A DNA stretch of 64,000 nucleotides from the human T2T-CHM13v2.0 reference genome, Homo sapiens. Both the position numbers and the translations under genes were made by a program. Below, one piece after another: positions 41,132 through 53,161 of the stretch. Where the stretch lies: the NCBI RefSeq assembly GCF_009914755.1, contig NC_060933.1, one strand, 5' to 3'. Under the pieces are notes generated by a model. It was not told the DNA's origin, searched no databases, and worked only from the letters and a program-made list of their open reading frames with translations. Position 1 is the first letter of the stretch. The number at the start of each line of letters is the position of its first letter.

Positions 41132-42309
41132 TCACTTTTCTGAATAAACTACAAGCCTTTGTTATTTAAATGAAACTAACTTTTAAAGACTGGATCCAAA
41201 AGATCAAAACAACTTGGAGAAAACAAAACAAAACAAAAACCTAGAGGATCATAGAAACTAGACACCTGCTATCAAATGAATCTTAGAATTCACGTGACAC
41301 ATGCTTTTTCAAATGGAAAAAAAAGAAATGCTCTATGTCATTTGAAATAATATATGAGTTAAGTATAATATCTCAATGACTGGCATTGCTAATGTTATGA
41401 ACATTTGAAATTGAGCTACCCTGGTGGAGTTCAATTGAAATTAGGACATTAAAATCAGACATAGATACAGACAAAGAAAGATACATTATAACTTTGTAAA
41501 AGTAAAACAATATAAATGCTCAGTAAAATAATGAGAACAAAGTCAAAGAATGTTGTGTGTGTGTATATATACATATGTATAGAGAGAGTTGGCATTTAAT
41601 TTGATCCAATCTAAGCTTCTAAGAAAGACTGTACTAGTATATTTATATAGTCTTCAGAGAAAACAATGATGCAGTATAATTTCTAGTGTTTAAAAATCCA
41701 AATCAGTTAATCTAAAATAATTATGCTAATAACATGGTTTAACAGAGTAAGAAACGAATGGAATCATTCCTTGAACTCAGCTCTCTTATAAAAAGTGATA
41801 ATGGCATAAGGCAATAGTAAATATATAGGAGCAAGAAAACTGAATTTTTTCTATACCAGGTATCAAAGTAGATGGGAAGCCTTAAGGTATACTAGTCTGC
41901 TGGGAATAAAGAAACAAGCTTCACCTTCTAGAATACAGTAAATTTGGCAGCCACTCTTAGATTGTTTTGAGGAGAAATATATAGATTCAGGGAATTAATA
42001 TGTCCAACAAATAATGTCTCCCCTAGAATATTTGATTGCCCCACAATCAAAGAGAGAAGATAATCAAAGGCCGAAGATGCTACTTAATATGACCAGGTCA
42101 CCTATTACATGCATATTAAACCATTTAATTGACAAATGAAGCTGTAAGGATTAAGACTGAAATTATTTAAAAATCAGTGGTCTAAAAAGGTGAAATTAAA
42201 AGAAAAATTAAAAAAAAATTAATTTGTGCTTTTCAAGAAATGGTGAAAATGTTAAAGAATAAACAATATTTTGAAAAAGGGACTACAAACTATAAAATAG
42301 GATAATTAC

Positions 42310-42545
42310 ACTAATGCTATTTACCATTTTTGAGCATATATTTTAGTTTGATACTATCACAATACCTTACAGAGTGCATCTCATTTACTCATCAGGCATG
42401 TTTATGAGGTAGACTCTGTCATCGGTATGTGACAGGGGAGAAATATGTTCAGAAGATTTGAGCCATTTGTTCAAAATCACCTAAGAAATAGTGAAGCCAT
42501 GAATAAAACTGAGGTCTGAAATCCAAGTTCATGTTGTTAACTACT
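42310..42545 (-). mobile_element. MIR
   Basis: 'accatttttgagcat...tttatgaggtag...ttgttcaaaatcac'. Confidence 0.55.
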
Positions 42546-42624
42546 ATCCTATACCATCCATGTAGGATACATAATTGTTCACTGATGATAAGCTCAAGTG
42601 TATTGACAAATAGCAAAAACAGAG

Positions 42625-42755
42625 ACATTGGTACTGCAAAGCAGAAGATTCTGGATCAAATACAGGCTTAGATGCTGACCAGCTATATGAGCATGAATAA
42701 GTCACTTTACCTCTCTGGGACTTATTTTTCTTATTGGTAAAATTAGGAAGCCAAA
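42625..42755 (+). mobile_element. MIR fragment
   Basis: 'taagtcactttacctctctgggacttatttttcttattggtaaaatt'. Confidence 0.65.
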
Positions 42756-42850
42756 GGTGATAGATTTTCACAGTGAGAGTCCACAGTTTTTTCATGCCTC
42801 CCTGTATCCACACATTTGCACAGACCCTTTGCACACTGATGCTTGATGTG

Positions 42851-45160
42851 TGATATGGTTTGGCTGTCTCCTCACCAAATCTCATCTTGAATTGTAGCTC
42901 CCATAATTCCCACATGTTGTGGGAGGGACCTGAGGGGAGATAATTGAATAAAGGGGGCAGTTTCCCACATACTGTTCTCGTGGTAGTGAATACATCTCAA
43001 GAGATCTGATGGTTTTAAAAGGGGTTTCCCCTTTCACTTGGCTCTCATGATCTCTTGCCTGCCACCATGTAAGGTGTGCCTTTCACCTTCCACCATTATT
43101 GTGAGGCCTCCCCAGCCATGTGGAACTGTGAGTCCATGAAACCTATTTTTCTTTATAAATTACTCAGTCTCAGGTATGTCTTTATCAGCAGCATAGCAAC
43201 AAACCAATACAGTAAATTGGTACCAGTAGAATAGGGTGTTGCTGTAAAGTTACCTGAAAATGTGGAACTGACTTTGGAACTGAGTAACAGGCAGAGGTTG
43301 AAACAGTTTGGAAGGCTCAGAAGAAGACAGGAGTATGTGGGAAAGTTTGGAACTTCCTAGAGACTTGGAGGGCTCAGAAGACAGGAAAATGTGGCGAAGT
43401 TTGGAATTTCCTAGAGACTTGTTGGATGGCTTTGACCAAAATCCTGATAGTGATATCAAAAATGAGGTCCAGGCTAAGGTGGTCTCAGATGGAGATGAGG
43501 AACTTGTTGGGAACTGGAGTAAAGGTCACTCTTGCTAGGCAAAAAGACTGGTGACATTTTGTCCCTGCCCTAGAGATCTGTGGAATTTTGAACTTGAGAG
43601 AGATGATTTAAGGTATCTGGCGGAAGAAATTTCTAGGCAACAAAGTGTTCAAGAGGAAGCAAAAAATAAGAGTTTGGAAAATTTGCAGCCTGACAATGCA
43701 ATAGACAAGCAAAATCCATTTTCTGGGGAGAAATTCAAGCGTGCTGCAGAAATTTGCAGAATTTGCATAAATAACAAGGAGCCCAATGTTAATCACCAAG
43801 ACAATGGTGAAAACGTCCCTAGGGCATGTCAGAGACCTTTGCAGCAGCCCCTCTTATCACAGGCCTGGAGGCATAGGAGGAAAAATGGTTTCGTAGGCCA
43901 GGCCAGGGACCCTCCTGCTGTTTGCTGCCTAGGGACTTGGTGTTCTGCATCTCAAAGGCTCCATCCATGGCGAAAATGGGCCAAGGTACAGCTCAGGGCA
44001 TGGCTTCAGAGGGTGCAAGCCCCAAGGCTTGGCAGCTTCCACAGGGTGCTGAGCCTGCGAGTGCACAGAAGTCAAGAATTGAGGTTTGGGAACTTCCGCC
44101 TAGTTTTCAGAGGATATATGGGAACACCTGGAAGTCCAGGCAGAAGTTTGCTTCAGGAGTGGAGTCCTCATGGAGAACCTCTGCTAGGACAGTGTGGAAG
44201 GGAAATGTGGGGTTGAAGCCCCCACATAGAGTCCCCACTGGGGCGCTGCCTAGTGGAGCTGTAAGAAGAGGGCTGCCATCATCCAGACCCCAGAATTGTA
44301 GATCCATTGACAGCTTGCACCATGTTCCTGGAAAGGTCACAGACACTCAATGGCAGTCCACAAAGGCAGCCAGGAGAGGGGCTGTACCCTGCACAGCCAC
44401 AGGGTTGGAGCTGTCCAAGACCATGGGAACCCACCTCTTGCATCAGCATTACTTGGATGTGAGACATGGAGTCAAAGGAGATCATTTTGGAGCTTTAAGA
44501 TTTGACTGCCCTGCTGGATTTTGGACTTGCATGGGGCCTTTAGTCCCTTTGTTTTGGCCATTCTCTCCCATTTGGAACAGCTGTATTTACCCAATGCCTG
44601 TACCCCCATTGTATCTAGGAAGTAGCTAACTTGCTTTTGATTTTACAGCCTCATAGGCCAAAGGGACTTGCCTTGTTTCAGATGAGACTTTGGACTGTTG
44701 AGTTAATGCCGAAATTAGTTAAGACTTTCGGGATCTCTTGGGAAGCCATGATTAATTTTGAAATCTGAGGACACGAGATTTGGGAGGGACCAGGGGCGGA
44801 ATGATATGGTTTTGCTGTGTTCCCACCCAAGTCTCATCTTGAATTATAGCTCCCATAATCCCCACGTGTTGTGGGAGGGACCCAGGGGGAGATAATTGAA
44901 TCATGGGGGCAGTTCCCCCATACTGTTCTCATGGTAGTGAATAAGTCTCATGAGATCTGATGGTTTTATAAGGGGTTTCCCCTTTCACATAGCTTTCATT
45001 CTCTCTTGCCTGACACCATGTTTGACATGGCCTTCACCTTCCACCATGACTGTGAGGCCTTCCCAGTCATGGGGAACTGAGTCCATGAGGCCTATTTTTC
45101 TTTATAAATTACTCAGTCTGGGGTATGTCTTTGTCAGCAGCATGAAAACAGACTAATACA
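42851..45160 (+). mobile_element. Full-length THE1 (THE1B-like) provirus: 5' LTR 42851-43211, internal 43212-44801, 3' LTR 44802-45160
   Basis: Two direct LTRs 'tgatatggttt...aataca'; internal part begins 'gtaaattggtacc'; polypurine tract 'gggagggaccaggggcggaa' before the 3' LTR. Confidence 0.96.
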
Positions 45161-45539
45161 GTATGACACCGTGACTCCCTTCAGTCAATGAGAAAATAGC
45201 AAATATGATACAATCAGAGGCTTGAAAACTTCCTGCCTCCTGGAGCTTACTCTCCCTTGCTGCTTTTGGAAGTCCTACAACAGCATCTATTTGAATAAGT
45301 CTGGGCTAGCCTGTACAAAACATATGACTCAGTCTTCCTGACCACATCAGCTAACAGCCAGTAACAACCATCAGACATAAAAATGAGGCCCTCTATGACA
45401 AACAAACTTGGCCCACCCGCCAGCTGACCGTAGCCACATGAGTGAGTCCAGGAAAAGCCATTATAGAATAACTGCTCTGCTGAGTTGAATCCTAACTGCT
45501 GACAGAATTATGAGCTAACAAATGCTTGTTGTTTTAAGC

Positions 45540-45791
45540 CAGGGATGCAAAAACTTACTCTGTAAAGGGCCAGATAGTAAACATTTTAAGCTCTGTGGGC
45601 CATGTGGTCTCTATCACAACTACTCAACTCTGTCATTGTAGCACAAAGGCAGCCACAGACAACAAGTAAATAAATGAGCAAGGCTGTGTTCCAATAAAAT
45701 GTCATTTACAAAAACAGGCAGCAAAAATAAATAAGGAAACAAATAGGCAGCATCCGGACCTGATCCATAGGCAACAGTTTGCTGACACTTG
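45540..45791 (+). mobile_element. MER58A hAT-Charlie element
   Basis: 'ctgtaaagggccagatagtaaa...ctactcaactctg'; perfect 8-bp TSD ttttaagc. Confidence 0.92.
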
Positions 45792-46933
45792 TTTTAAGCC
45801 AGTAAGGTCTGGGAGTGTTTGTTATATATCAAAACCTAACTGATACTTTGATCAAGATGAGCTTATTAAAATTCTGTCATTAGAAGTTGCATTATAAGTG
45901 AAATCAGCATTACAGTAATCTAGTTTATGTCCCGCAAAAATATAAAGCTTTCATCACTGAATAGAATAAGAAATGCTTGCATTTCTCCAAATTTATTTTC
46001 AATGCAAGTGATCATGTAAAACTTTGAATATATTACTAAACTTATATTAACTAGAAAAAATATAAATATAACTAAAACTTCACGCAATACCTTTTTCATG
46101 GCCCTATGGAGACCCACACCATCACACATGCACACATGTGCTTACACATGTGGACAGACACACACATACACACACACAGACCCAAGTTAGAACACAATTT
46201 TTAAAAGCACTAGTTAAGTGTGCCTTAAAATGCATTACAGTTGCTAAGCAAAATTATAAACCAAGCAATGTAAGGAGTGTTAAGAATTAAAATAGCCCTT
46301 GAAAATGAAAAAAAAAATTGCAAGTATCTTAGTATGTGTATTATTATTTAATACAAATTTTTAAATGTAGCCCTTCATAAGATATGCCAGATGTAAATGT
46401 AGTTCTAATATGTAAGAAGGAAGAGAAAGCAATAAGAGAATGGATGAGGCTAAGGAACATGGTAGCTCTAAAGACCTGGATGTCACTGGAAGCTGAATGA
46501 GACTAATTTTGATTCAAATATGTCACTTATAATTTATGCAGAATATATCTTGAAAGAAATCCGGTTAATGTTATTAACTAATGGTATTATTTTTACTGTA
46601 AAATTGCACTGATAACATCAAGTGTATTTGTGCGGCATGGGGTATGGAAAGTGGATAGGAGAGAATGTAAAGAGAATACTTAGCAAGGACTACAATTTGA
46701 ATTGAGCTTGAGAGGAAACTATAGTTTCAGGAAAAGCGAGAATAGCACTGCATTGCAGGCTAATTTTAGAAAAAAAAAATCTATAACCTAGATAAGTTAC
46801 TGTTGCAACCCACCTAGGTTAAAAAATTTAGCGTGTAAAGCCCATTAAGAACATTCTGGAAGTTGTCAAACTATTGTCAGAAAACTTCATGAAGAAACCA
46901 GGGAATAATTTCTGCCTTTAAAAGTAGTCAGGG

Positions 46934-47243
46934 GGTTGGGCATGGTGGCTCACATCTGTAATCCCAGCACTTTGGGAGGCCGAGGCGGGCGAATCACCAG
47001 GTCAGGAGTTCGAGACCAGCCTGGCTAACATGGTGAAACCCCGTCTCTACTAAAAACACAAAAAAAATTAACTGGGAGTGGTAGCGGTCCCCTGTAATGC
47101 AGTTACTCGGGAGGCTGAGGCAGGAGAGTCGCCTGAACTCGGGGGGCAGAGGTTGCAGTGAGCCGACATCACACTACTGCACTCCAGCCCGGGCGACAGA
47201 GTGAGACTCCGTCTCAAAAAAAAAAAAAAAAAGGAAAAAACAA
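46934..47243 (+). mobile_element. AluSg-like
   Basis: Full Alu; 14-bp TSD aaaagtagtcaggg. Confidence 0.96.
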
Positions 47244-47629
47244 AAAAGTAGTCAGGGATGGAGCAGATGGAGTTACACCAACACTTTTGGAAGTAGGTTG
47301 AATGATGTAAATAAAAAATAGATATACAAATTATAGGCACTTAGTATCTCAGGAACACTAGCGTCTTGACACTAAGTGTTAAGAACAAATTTATATAGGA
47401 AGCAACTATGGTTTAAGCAATGAAAAAAATGTACGTTAATGTATTATTAGAGTCGTGGTTTATGAATAAAAAGATGAATTCATAATTTTTTTAATGGTTA
47501 AGTTTTTCAGTCACTGATAGCAAATGATTGACACCTACTAGCAAGATATGAGAAAGAAAGAAAATTCTTGCCCAAGGCATTTCTTGGTTAAGAATTACCT
47601 TACATTTTAAGAATAACTAGAGTTTATTT

Positions 47630-48023
47630 TTGGACTGGAATATAAATTGGTACAATGTTTCTTAAAACATTTTGGCATGTCTTACCAGGAGTCTTAAATG
47701 CTTATGCATTTGATCAGACTCTCTTCATAATAGTAAATATAAATGTTATGCACAAAAATGTTCATTAAAGTCTTATTTTTTTAATTGATAACAACAGGAA
47801 GACCAACAATAAGAAAATGCTGTATACATTTAATAAACTATCTGGCCATTAAAATTTTGGAATAGTTTCTATGCTCTGAGAAACTTATTATTAGGTGAAT
47901 ACAGTAAAAGTGAAATAAAAATCACACATATCTAATGATCTTGTTTATGTAAAAGATTTACTTGTAGAGAAAATTTTGTCAAAATTTATGCTAAAAAAAT
48001 ATGCTAAAAAAATAGTGATTAAC
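47630..48023 (+). mobile_element. Old L1M fragment
   Basis: 'tggaatataaattggtacaa...tttggca...tgcacaaaaatgttcatt'. Confidence 0.55.
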
Positions 48024-48363
48024 AGCCAGGTGTGGTAGCTCATCCCTATAATCCCAGTACTTTGGGATGCTGTGGCAGAATTGTTGGAGGCTAGGAGTTC
48101 AAGACCAACCTAAGCAACATAGCAAACCCCCATCTCCATCTTTTTTTTTTTTTTTTTTTAAATAATTGGCTGAGTGTGGTAGTGTGCTTGTTTAGTCTTA
48201 GCTACTCAGGAGGCTGATGCTGGAGAATCGCTTGAACCCAGGAGTTGCAGGCTGCAGTAAGCTACGATCATGCCACTGCACACCAGCCTGGGCAGCAGAG
48301 CAAGACTCTGTTGCTATAAATAATAATAATAATAATAATAATAATAACGATAATAATAATAAT
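48024..48363 (+). mobile_element. AluJ with T19 linker and (AAT)n tail
   Basis: J diagnostics ('gcaacatagcaa', 'ggctgcagt'); TSD-like aatagtg(a/g)tt. Confidence 0.92.
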
Positions 48364-48902
48364 AGTGGTTATAACAGAGGGGCAGCATTTTTTATTTGTT
48401 ATTTTTAAATGTTCTAAATTTGTAACTATGTATTATACTAATAGTTTTCTTAGGGATTTAAATATATAGTTTCAGAGAATACGATTCCTTTGACCTCAGA
48501 AACTCTAAAGTGCTCCTTAGTTTGGCATTCAAGGCTAACAATCTGTTACCAAGTAACTTTTGATCCTTCTGACACTCTTCCTTTCCACCTAACACAGATA
48601 GATTGATCTTTCTATTTCATCATAAGTTTGTATTTCTCCAGTTCAGGGCTTTTGCTGAGTTCCATTTGTACAAAACACCTCATCTGTTACTCACATTGTC
48701 TCCTTCCTGTTTTTAAATCCCCTTTCTAGTACTATATCCTCTCATCCCAGAATCCCTATTTAACCACAATGTTGAACAACTCTCTCAACGGCTACCGTCT
48801 GTTTTATGCTACCTTTTCAACGCTAAGTGATAGAAACAAACTTAAACTGGCCTTTACAAAAGGGGTGAAGAGGGTTGGCTAAATATATTCGCCCATCTAG
48901 GG

Positions 48903-49084
48903 CAGGGATTTTCAGTCTCAGCAACATTGGCATTATTTGTTGTCCTGTGCGTTGTAGAATGCCTGGCAGTATCCCTGGCCTCTAGCCATCGAATGTCAGT
49001 AGCGCCCTCCAGTGTCACAATCAAAAATATCTCCAGCCACTGCCAAATATCCCCTGGGACAAAATCTCTAGCTGAGAACCACTG
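48903..49084 (-). mobile_element. MER20
   Basis: 'gtcctgtgcgttgtagaatg...catccctggcctcta'-like body and end 'ctgagaaccactg'. Confidence 0.85.
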
Positions 49085-49338
49085 CTTTAAGAGGAAACTA
49101 AAAGTTCACATGCTCAAACCTTTTGCTCCTCCATCCAAAAGATTTTCACTCCACAAGCTTACTGCTGCCAGCCCCATACCTTGAACATACCAGATTAAAC
49201 ACTCCAGGAAAAAAAATGCATTGTTTAAAATAACAACTCTTGTAAGAAGTCTAATGCAATTTCTAATTGCCCTAACTATGAATTAATCTATTTGATCCAC
49301 GTAAGAGGACAAGCAAGGGCTTGTGTATGTGTATATGC

Positions 49339-49478
49339 TACAATGGTGCTACATACTTAGCTGATAATGAGATAAACATGTGGTTCCTATTGAGTAATAT
49401 TTTTGTTTGTTTGTATGTATGCATGTATATATGTGCAGGTGTAAGTTTTAAACAGTAAGAAGTGTCAACAAATATACA
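49339..49478 (+). repeat. Copy 1 of a dispersed direct duplication
   Basis: Aligns with 50044-50175, including a 33-bp identical block. Confidence 0.93.
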
Positions 49479-50043
49479 TATTTGCCCTGTTCTGAGGGTT
49501 GCTTTCATCATTATACAACCACCTGAGGAAAGAAAACCCTTTGATTTCTAAGAAAAGAGAGGGTGCTCTACTGTTGCTTACACTTTTTTCTCTGCCTAGT
49601 AAGACTGTAAGCTGCTTAAAGGCAAGCAATGTGTTTTTAACATTGGTGAAGGTGGGTACCTTCCAGAGTGCTGTCTTGTAGAAAGTTCAAGATATAGTCC
49701 TTTATTAACTGTAACTTTAAAAATTACAACATAACTTACTGGAACTTTTTAAGTCACTGAGAATAAAATGTTCTCATAATTTGTGTTTTACAAAAATATC
49801 TACAATTCTATAAAAATCTTCTGAAAAAAGAAAAATTATGTTCTGTAAAACATAATTCTAAAAAGTAAACTTCAAAAAAATTAAAAACTGCTTTAATACT
49901 TTTATTAATTTTTTTCCTTAGTAAACGTTAAATTTGACATCTAAACCCAAGTATGTATAATATGACAGAAATTATAAGATTCAAATAGGGAAATACAGAA
50001 TAAAATACTAAATGTAAGCTTCTTGAGAGGAGGAAATACATGT

Positions 50044-50175
50044 TACAATGGCGCTACATAATTAGCTGATAATGAGATTAAAAGTTGAGTCCTGTTCAGT
50101 AGTATTTTTGTTTGTATGCATGTATATATGTGCATGTGTAAGTTTTAAACAGTAAGAAGTGTCAACAAGTATACA
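50044..50175 (+). repeat. Copy 2 of a dispersed direct duplication
   Basis: Aligns with 49339-49478. Confidence 0.93.
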
Positions 50176-50867
50176 AAAACTTATGGAAATATAATTACAT
50201 ACATATATTTTTAAAATCTTTAATTCATCTTCCTTAATCAAATTATTAAAAAAGATTATTATATCATAAATGTTTTTTAAGAATGGTAGCAATAGTTTTT
50301 TTGAAAATAAAAGTTTATTATGCTAATATAGCATTCATATTACAACATATTTGTAAAATAGGATGTTATAAGGCAATGCATCTCTAGTTAAGGGCAATAG
50401 TCTCAAGTTAAGAAAATATAATTTCAAGTTGAATTTCAAAGAGTTTGAAAGCAAACTAATGAGACTTGTTGTATATATTTTTGCTTCCTATAATTTTACA
50501 AAGCAATTTTTATCTGTCAGAGAGGGCTGTGCCAGATATTGAGAAAGCCTAATTTGAATAAGATGTTAAATGCAGAACTGCCATACAAAAATCAAAATAA
50601 AAACCTGACTTCCATACCAGATTTTTTGATCTTCAACTCCTTGGAAAACACTTCAGGCTCAATAATGACAATTAAATTTAAATGGAAGTTTTCTTCAGCA
50701 TAAAAAATTGTGGTATTGGATGCATGTGGAGTATATCTTGACTTGAATGCATTATTTCTTTCAAATATACAACTAGAATATAGACTATTTTCTGATCCTA
50801 TAAGAAATGATCTGAAATATACATTGTACAGTTTTTCCTAACATTATGTAAATTCTTTGTCATAATA

Positions 50868-51157
50868 TTTTATTTTACTTATTTTTTTTATGTTTCTTTT
50901 GTAGTCTGGAGTGCAGTGGTGCAATCATAGCTCACTGCAGTCTTGAACTCCTGAGCTCAAGTGATTCTCCTTCCTCAGCCTCCCAGGACTAGAAGAGTGC
51001 CCCACCATGTGCAGCTAATAGAAAAGAAAAAAATGTAGAGATAGGGTCTTGCTATGTTGCCCAGGTTGGTCTTGAACTTCTGGCCTCAAGTGATCTTTTG
51101 TTTCGGCCTCCCAAAGTACTGAAATTACAGACCTGAACCATGGTGCCTCGCCTGGAC
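50868..51157 (-). mobile_element. AluJ with small deletions
   Basis: 'gcaatcatagctcactgcag...gggtcttgctatgttgcccagg'. Confidence 0.9.
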
Positions 51158-51565
51158 CTAACATTTTAATAGATAATACTAAGTGTAGAGATAAAAAGTG
51201 AGCCATATTTTCCCATACTTGCATTTAAAATATTTTAATATTTACTATTTTAAATTCCTTAAAATGTTATTTTATAAATAATTGATATGTTTTTGGAACA
51301 GAAGACAATCTATGTACATTTGCATTTTTAGGTGTTACAAATACTATTTAACACCAGCAGATACATCAAATCTACTGCTTATTTTTGAGTAATTAAAATT
51401 TAAAGAGTAACTCAGAGTCTCTTTATGACTTCTAAGAATCTAATGGTTCAAAGAACATTGAACTTCACAAAAATTGCAATGAAAAAATATTCTTAATTAT
51501 CTCAAGTGTTTTCTTATAAATTAATAAGCATCACTAACCAATACTGATAAATTCAATTGTTTCTT

Positions 51566-51871
51566 TTCTTTTCTTTTCTTTTTTTTTTTGAGACGGAATC
51601 TTGCTCTGTCACCCAGACCAGAGTGCGGTGGAATAATCTCGGCTCACTGCAACCTCCGCCTCCCAGGTTCAAGCAATCCTCCTGCCTCAGCCTCCTGAGT
51701 AGCTGGCATTATCGGCGTCTGCCACCACACCCGGCTAATTTTTGTGTTTTTAGTAGAGATGAGGTTTCACCATGTTGGCCAGGCTGGTCTCGAACTCCTG
51801 ACCTCAGGTGATCCACCCACCTCGGCCTCCCAAATTTCTGGGATTACAGGTGTGAGACACTGCACCTGGCC
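51566..51871 (-). mobile_element. AluS (Sx-like)
   Basis: Full Alu; TSD tcaattgtttctt. Confidence 0.96.
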
Positions 51872-51974
51872 CTCAATTGTTTCTTATATCATTGGAATTC
51901 TTCTTTGATTTTTTTTTAAATTTTATTTGTCTGTATGTGAATTCTCTTCCAGTCTATTTTCTAAGCATTGTTCA

Positions 51975-52510
51975 GTAACAACTTCATGAAGATGAAATTT
52001 TTGTACCATATCATTCATCCATTTAAAATATGAATTTTGTTATATTCACAGAGTTTTGAAATTATAGAACATTTTCATCCCTTAGAAAGAAACCCCATAC
52101 TCTTTAACAGTCACTCATCATTTCCCCCTAATCCCTTCCCAGCAGTAGCCAATCATAAACGTGCTTTCTCTATGTATCTCTCTATATCTACTGGCCTATT
52201 TTGGATATTTCACATAAACGAAATCATATAATATGTGGTCTCCTTTGTGACTGGCTTCTTTAGCTTAACATAATGTTTTCAAGATACATTCATCTTGTAA
52301 CATGTATCAGCACTTCGCTTTTTATTGCCAATAATATTCCATTTTATAGACAAAATATTTTATTTTTACATTTATGTGTTGATGGATATTTGAGTTATTT
52401 CTACTTTTTGACTACTGTAAAGAGTGCATCTGTGAACATTTACGTACAAATTTTGGGGTGGACATATGTGTTCATTTTTCTTGGATATATAACCAGGCAT
52501 GGATTGCTTT
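51975..52510 (-). mobile_element. L1MB-type 3' end
   Basis: 'ctattttggatatttcacataaacgaaatcatataatatgtggtc...ctactttttgact'. Confidence 0.85.
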
Positions 52511-53143
52511 GTTTTTTGAAAACAGGATAACTCACTGTTAAACACATAGTTCTTGTATCCTATTTTCTTCATGTAATTTTCATTCCCTTAATAGCTGATA
52601 AAAAACCTATATATTTTGTTAAGAGACAGCACTATGTTTCATGCCTGTGAAATTTGTAAAACATAATTTAATATGACAATTTTCTCTTTCCATTTCAGAA
52701 ATCCCCCTAGTGTTTGAACTCACGTAAGTAATAGTTTATCCACTATTTTCATTTGAGAACCTGTTTAGGGAGTCAGTAAATTAAGCTGTATTCAACTTGA
52801 CATTTTTCTATAAACAGAAATGTTTGCCTTTTTAAAATTCTAATATATGGTTAAGAGAACTGAGAGAATACCACACATGTGTGAATTTTTGAAGACTTTT
52901 ATCTTAACTTTTAATAAATGTCTTTCTTCTGTGGGGTGAGCAATTGAAATGTTGTCCATCAGTATTCTGTCTCAATTCAGTAGAGATGAAAAATGCCTGA
53001 TGTCACTGTCAAACATAGAAAGATTTGATGAGCAAACCCACAGGAAAAATTGGCTTTTCCCAGAAATGCTCTGATGATTGGCACAATGTGTATGCAGCTG
53101 TTTTCCTCTAATTTCCAGTTCTGATATTCAGAGAAGAACTTAC

Positions 53144-53161
53144 CTTTTGCAGATGATGTAC
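53144..53161 (-). other. Candidate 18-nt frame-preserving microexon
   Basis: Minus strand reads tattgtcacattacag|GTACATCATCTGCAAAAG|gtaagt. Confidence 0.3.

Larger units (their letters stand above)
42758..45847 (+). mobile_element. MLT1 (G/H-like) LTR hosting THE1 and MER58A insertions
   Basis: Pieces at 42758-42850, 45161-45539 and 45792-45847 ('cagaggcttgaaaa', 'ttgttgttttaagcc', 'taactgatac'). Confidence 0.7.

Noticed and set aside
43551-44629. 221-aa and 235-aa overlapping ORFs
   Set aside because: They lie in the THE1 internal region, have non-ATG starts and are frameshifted relics of the MaLR internal ORF
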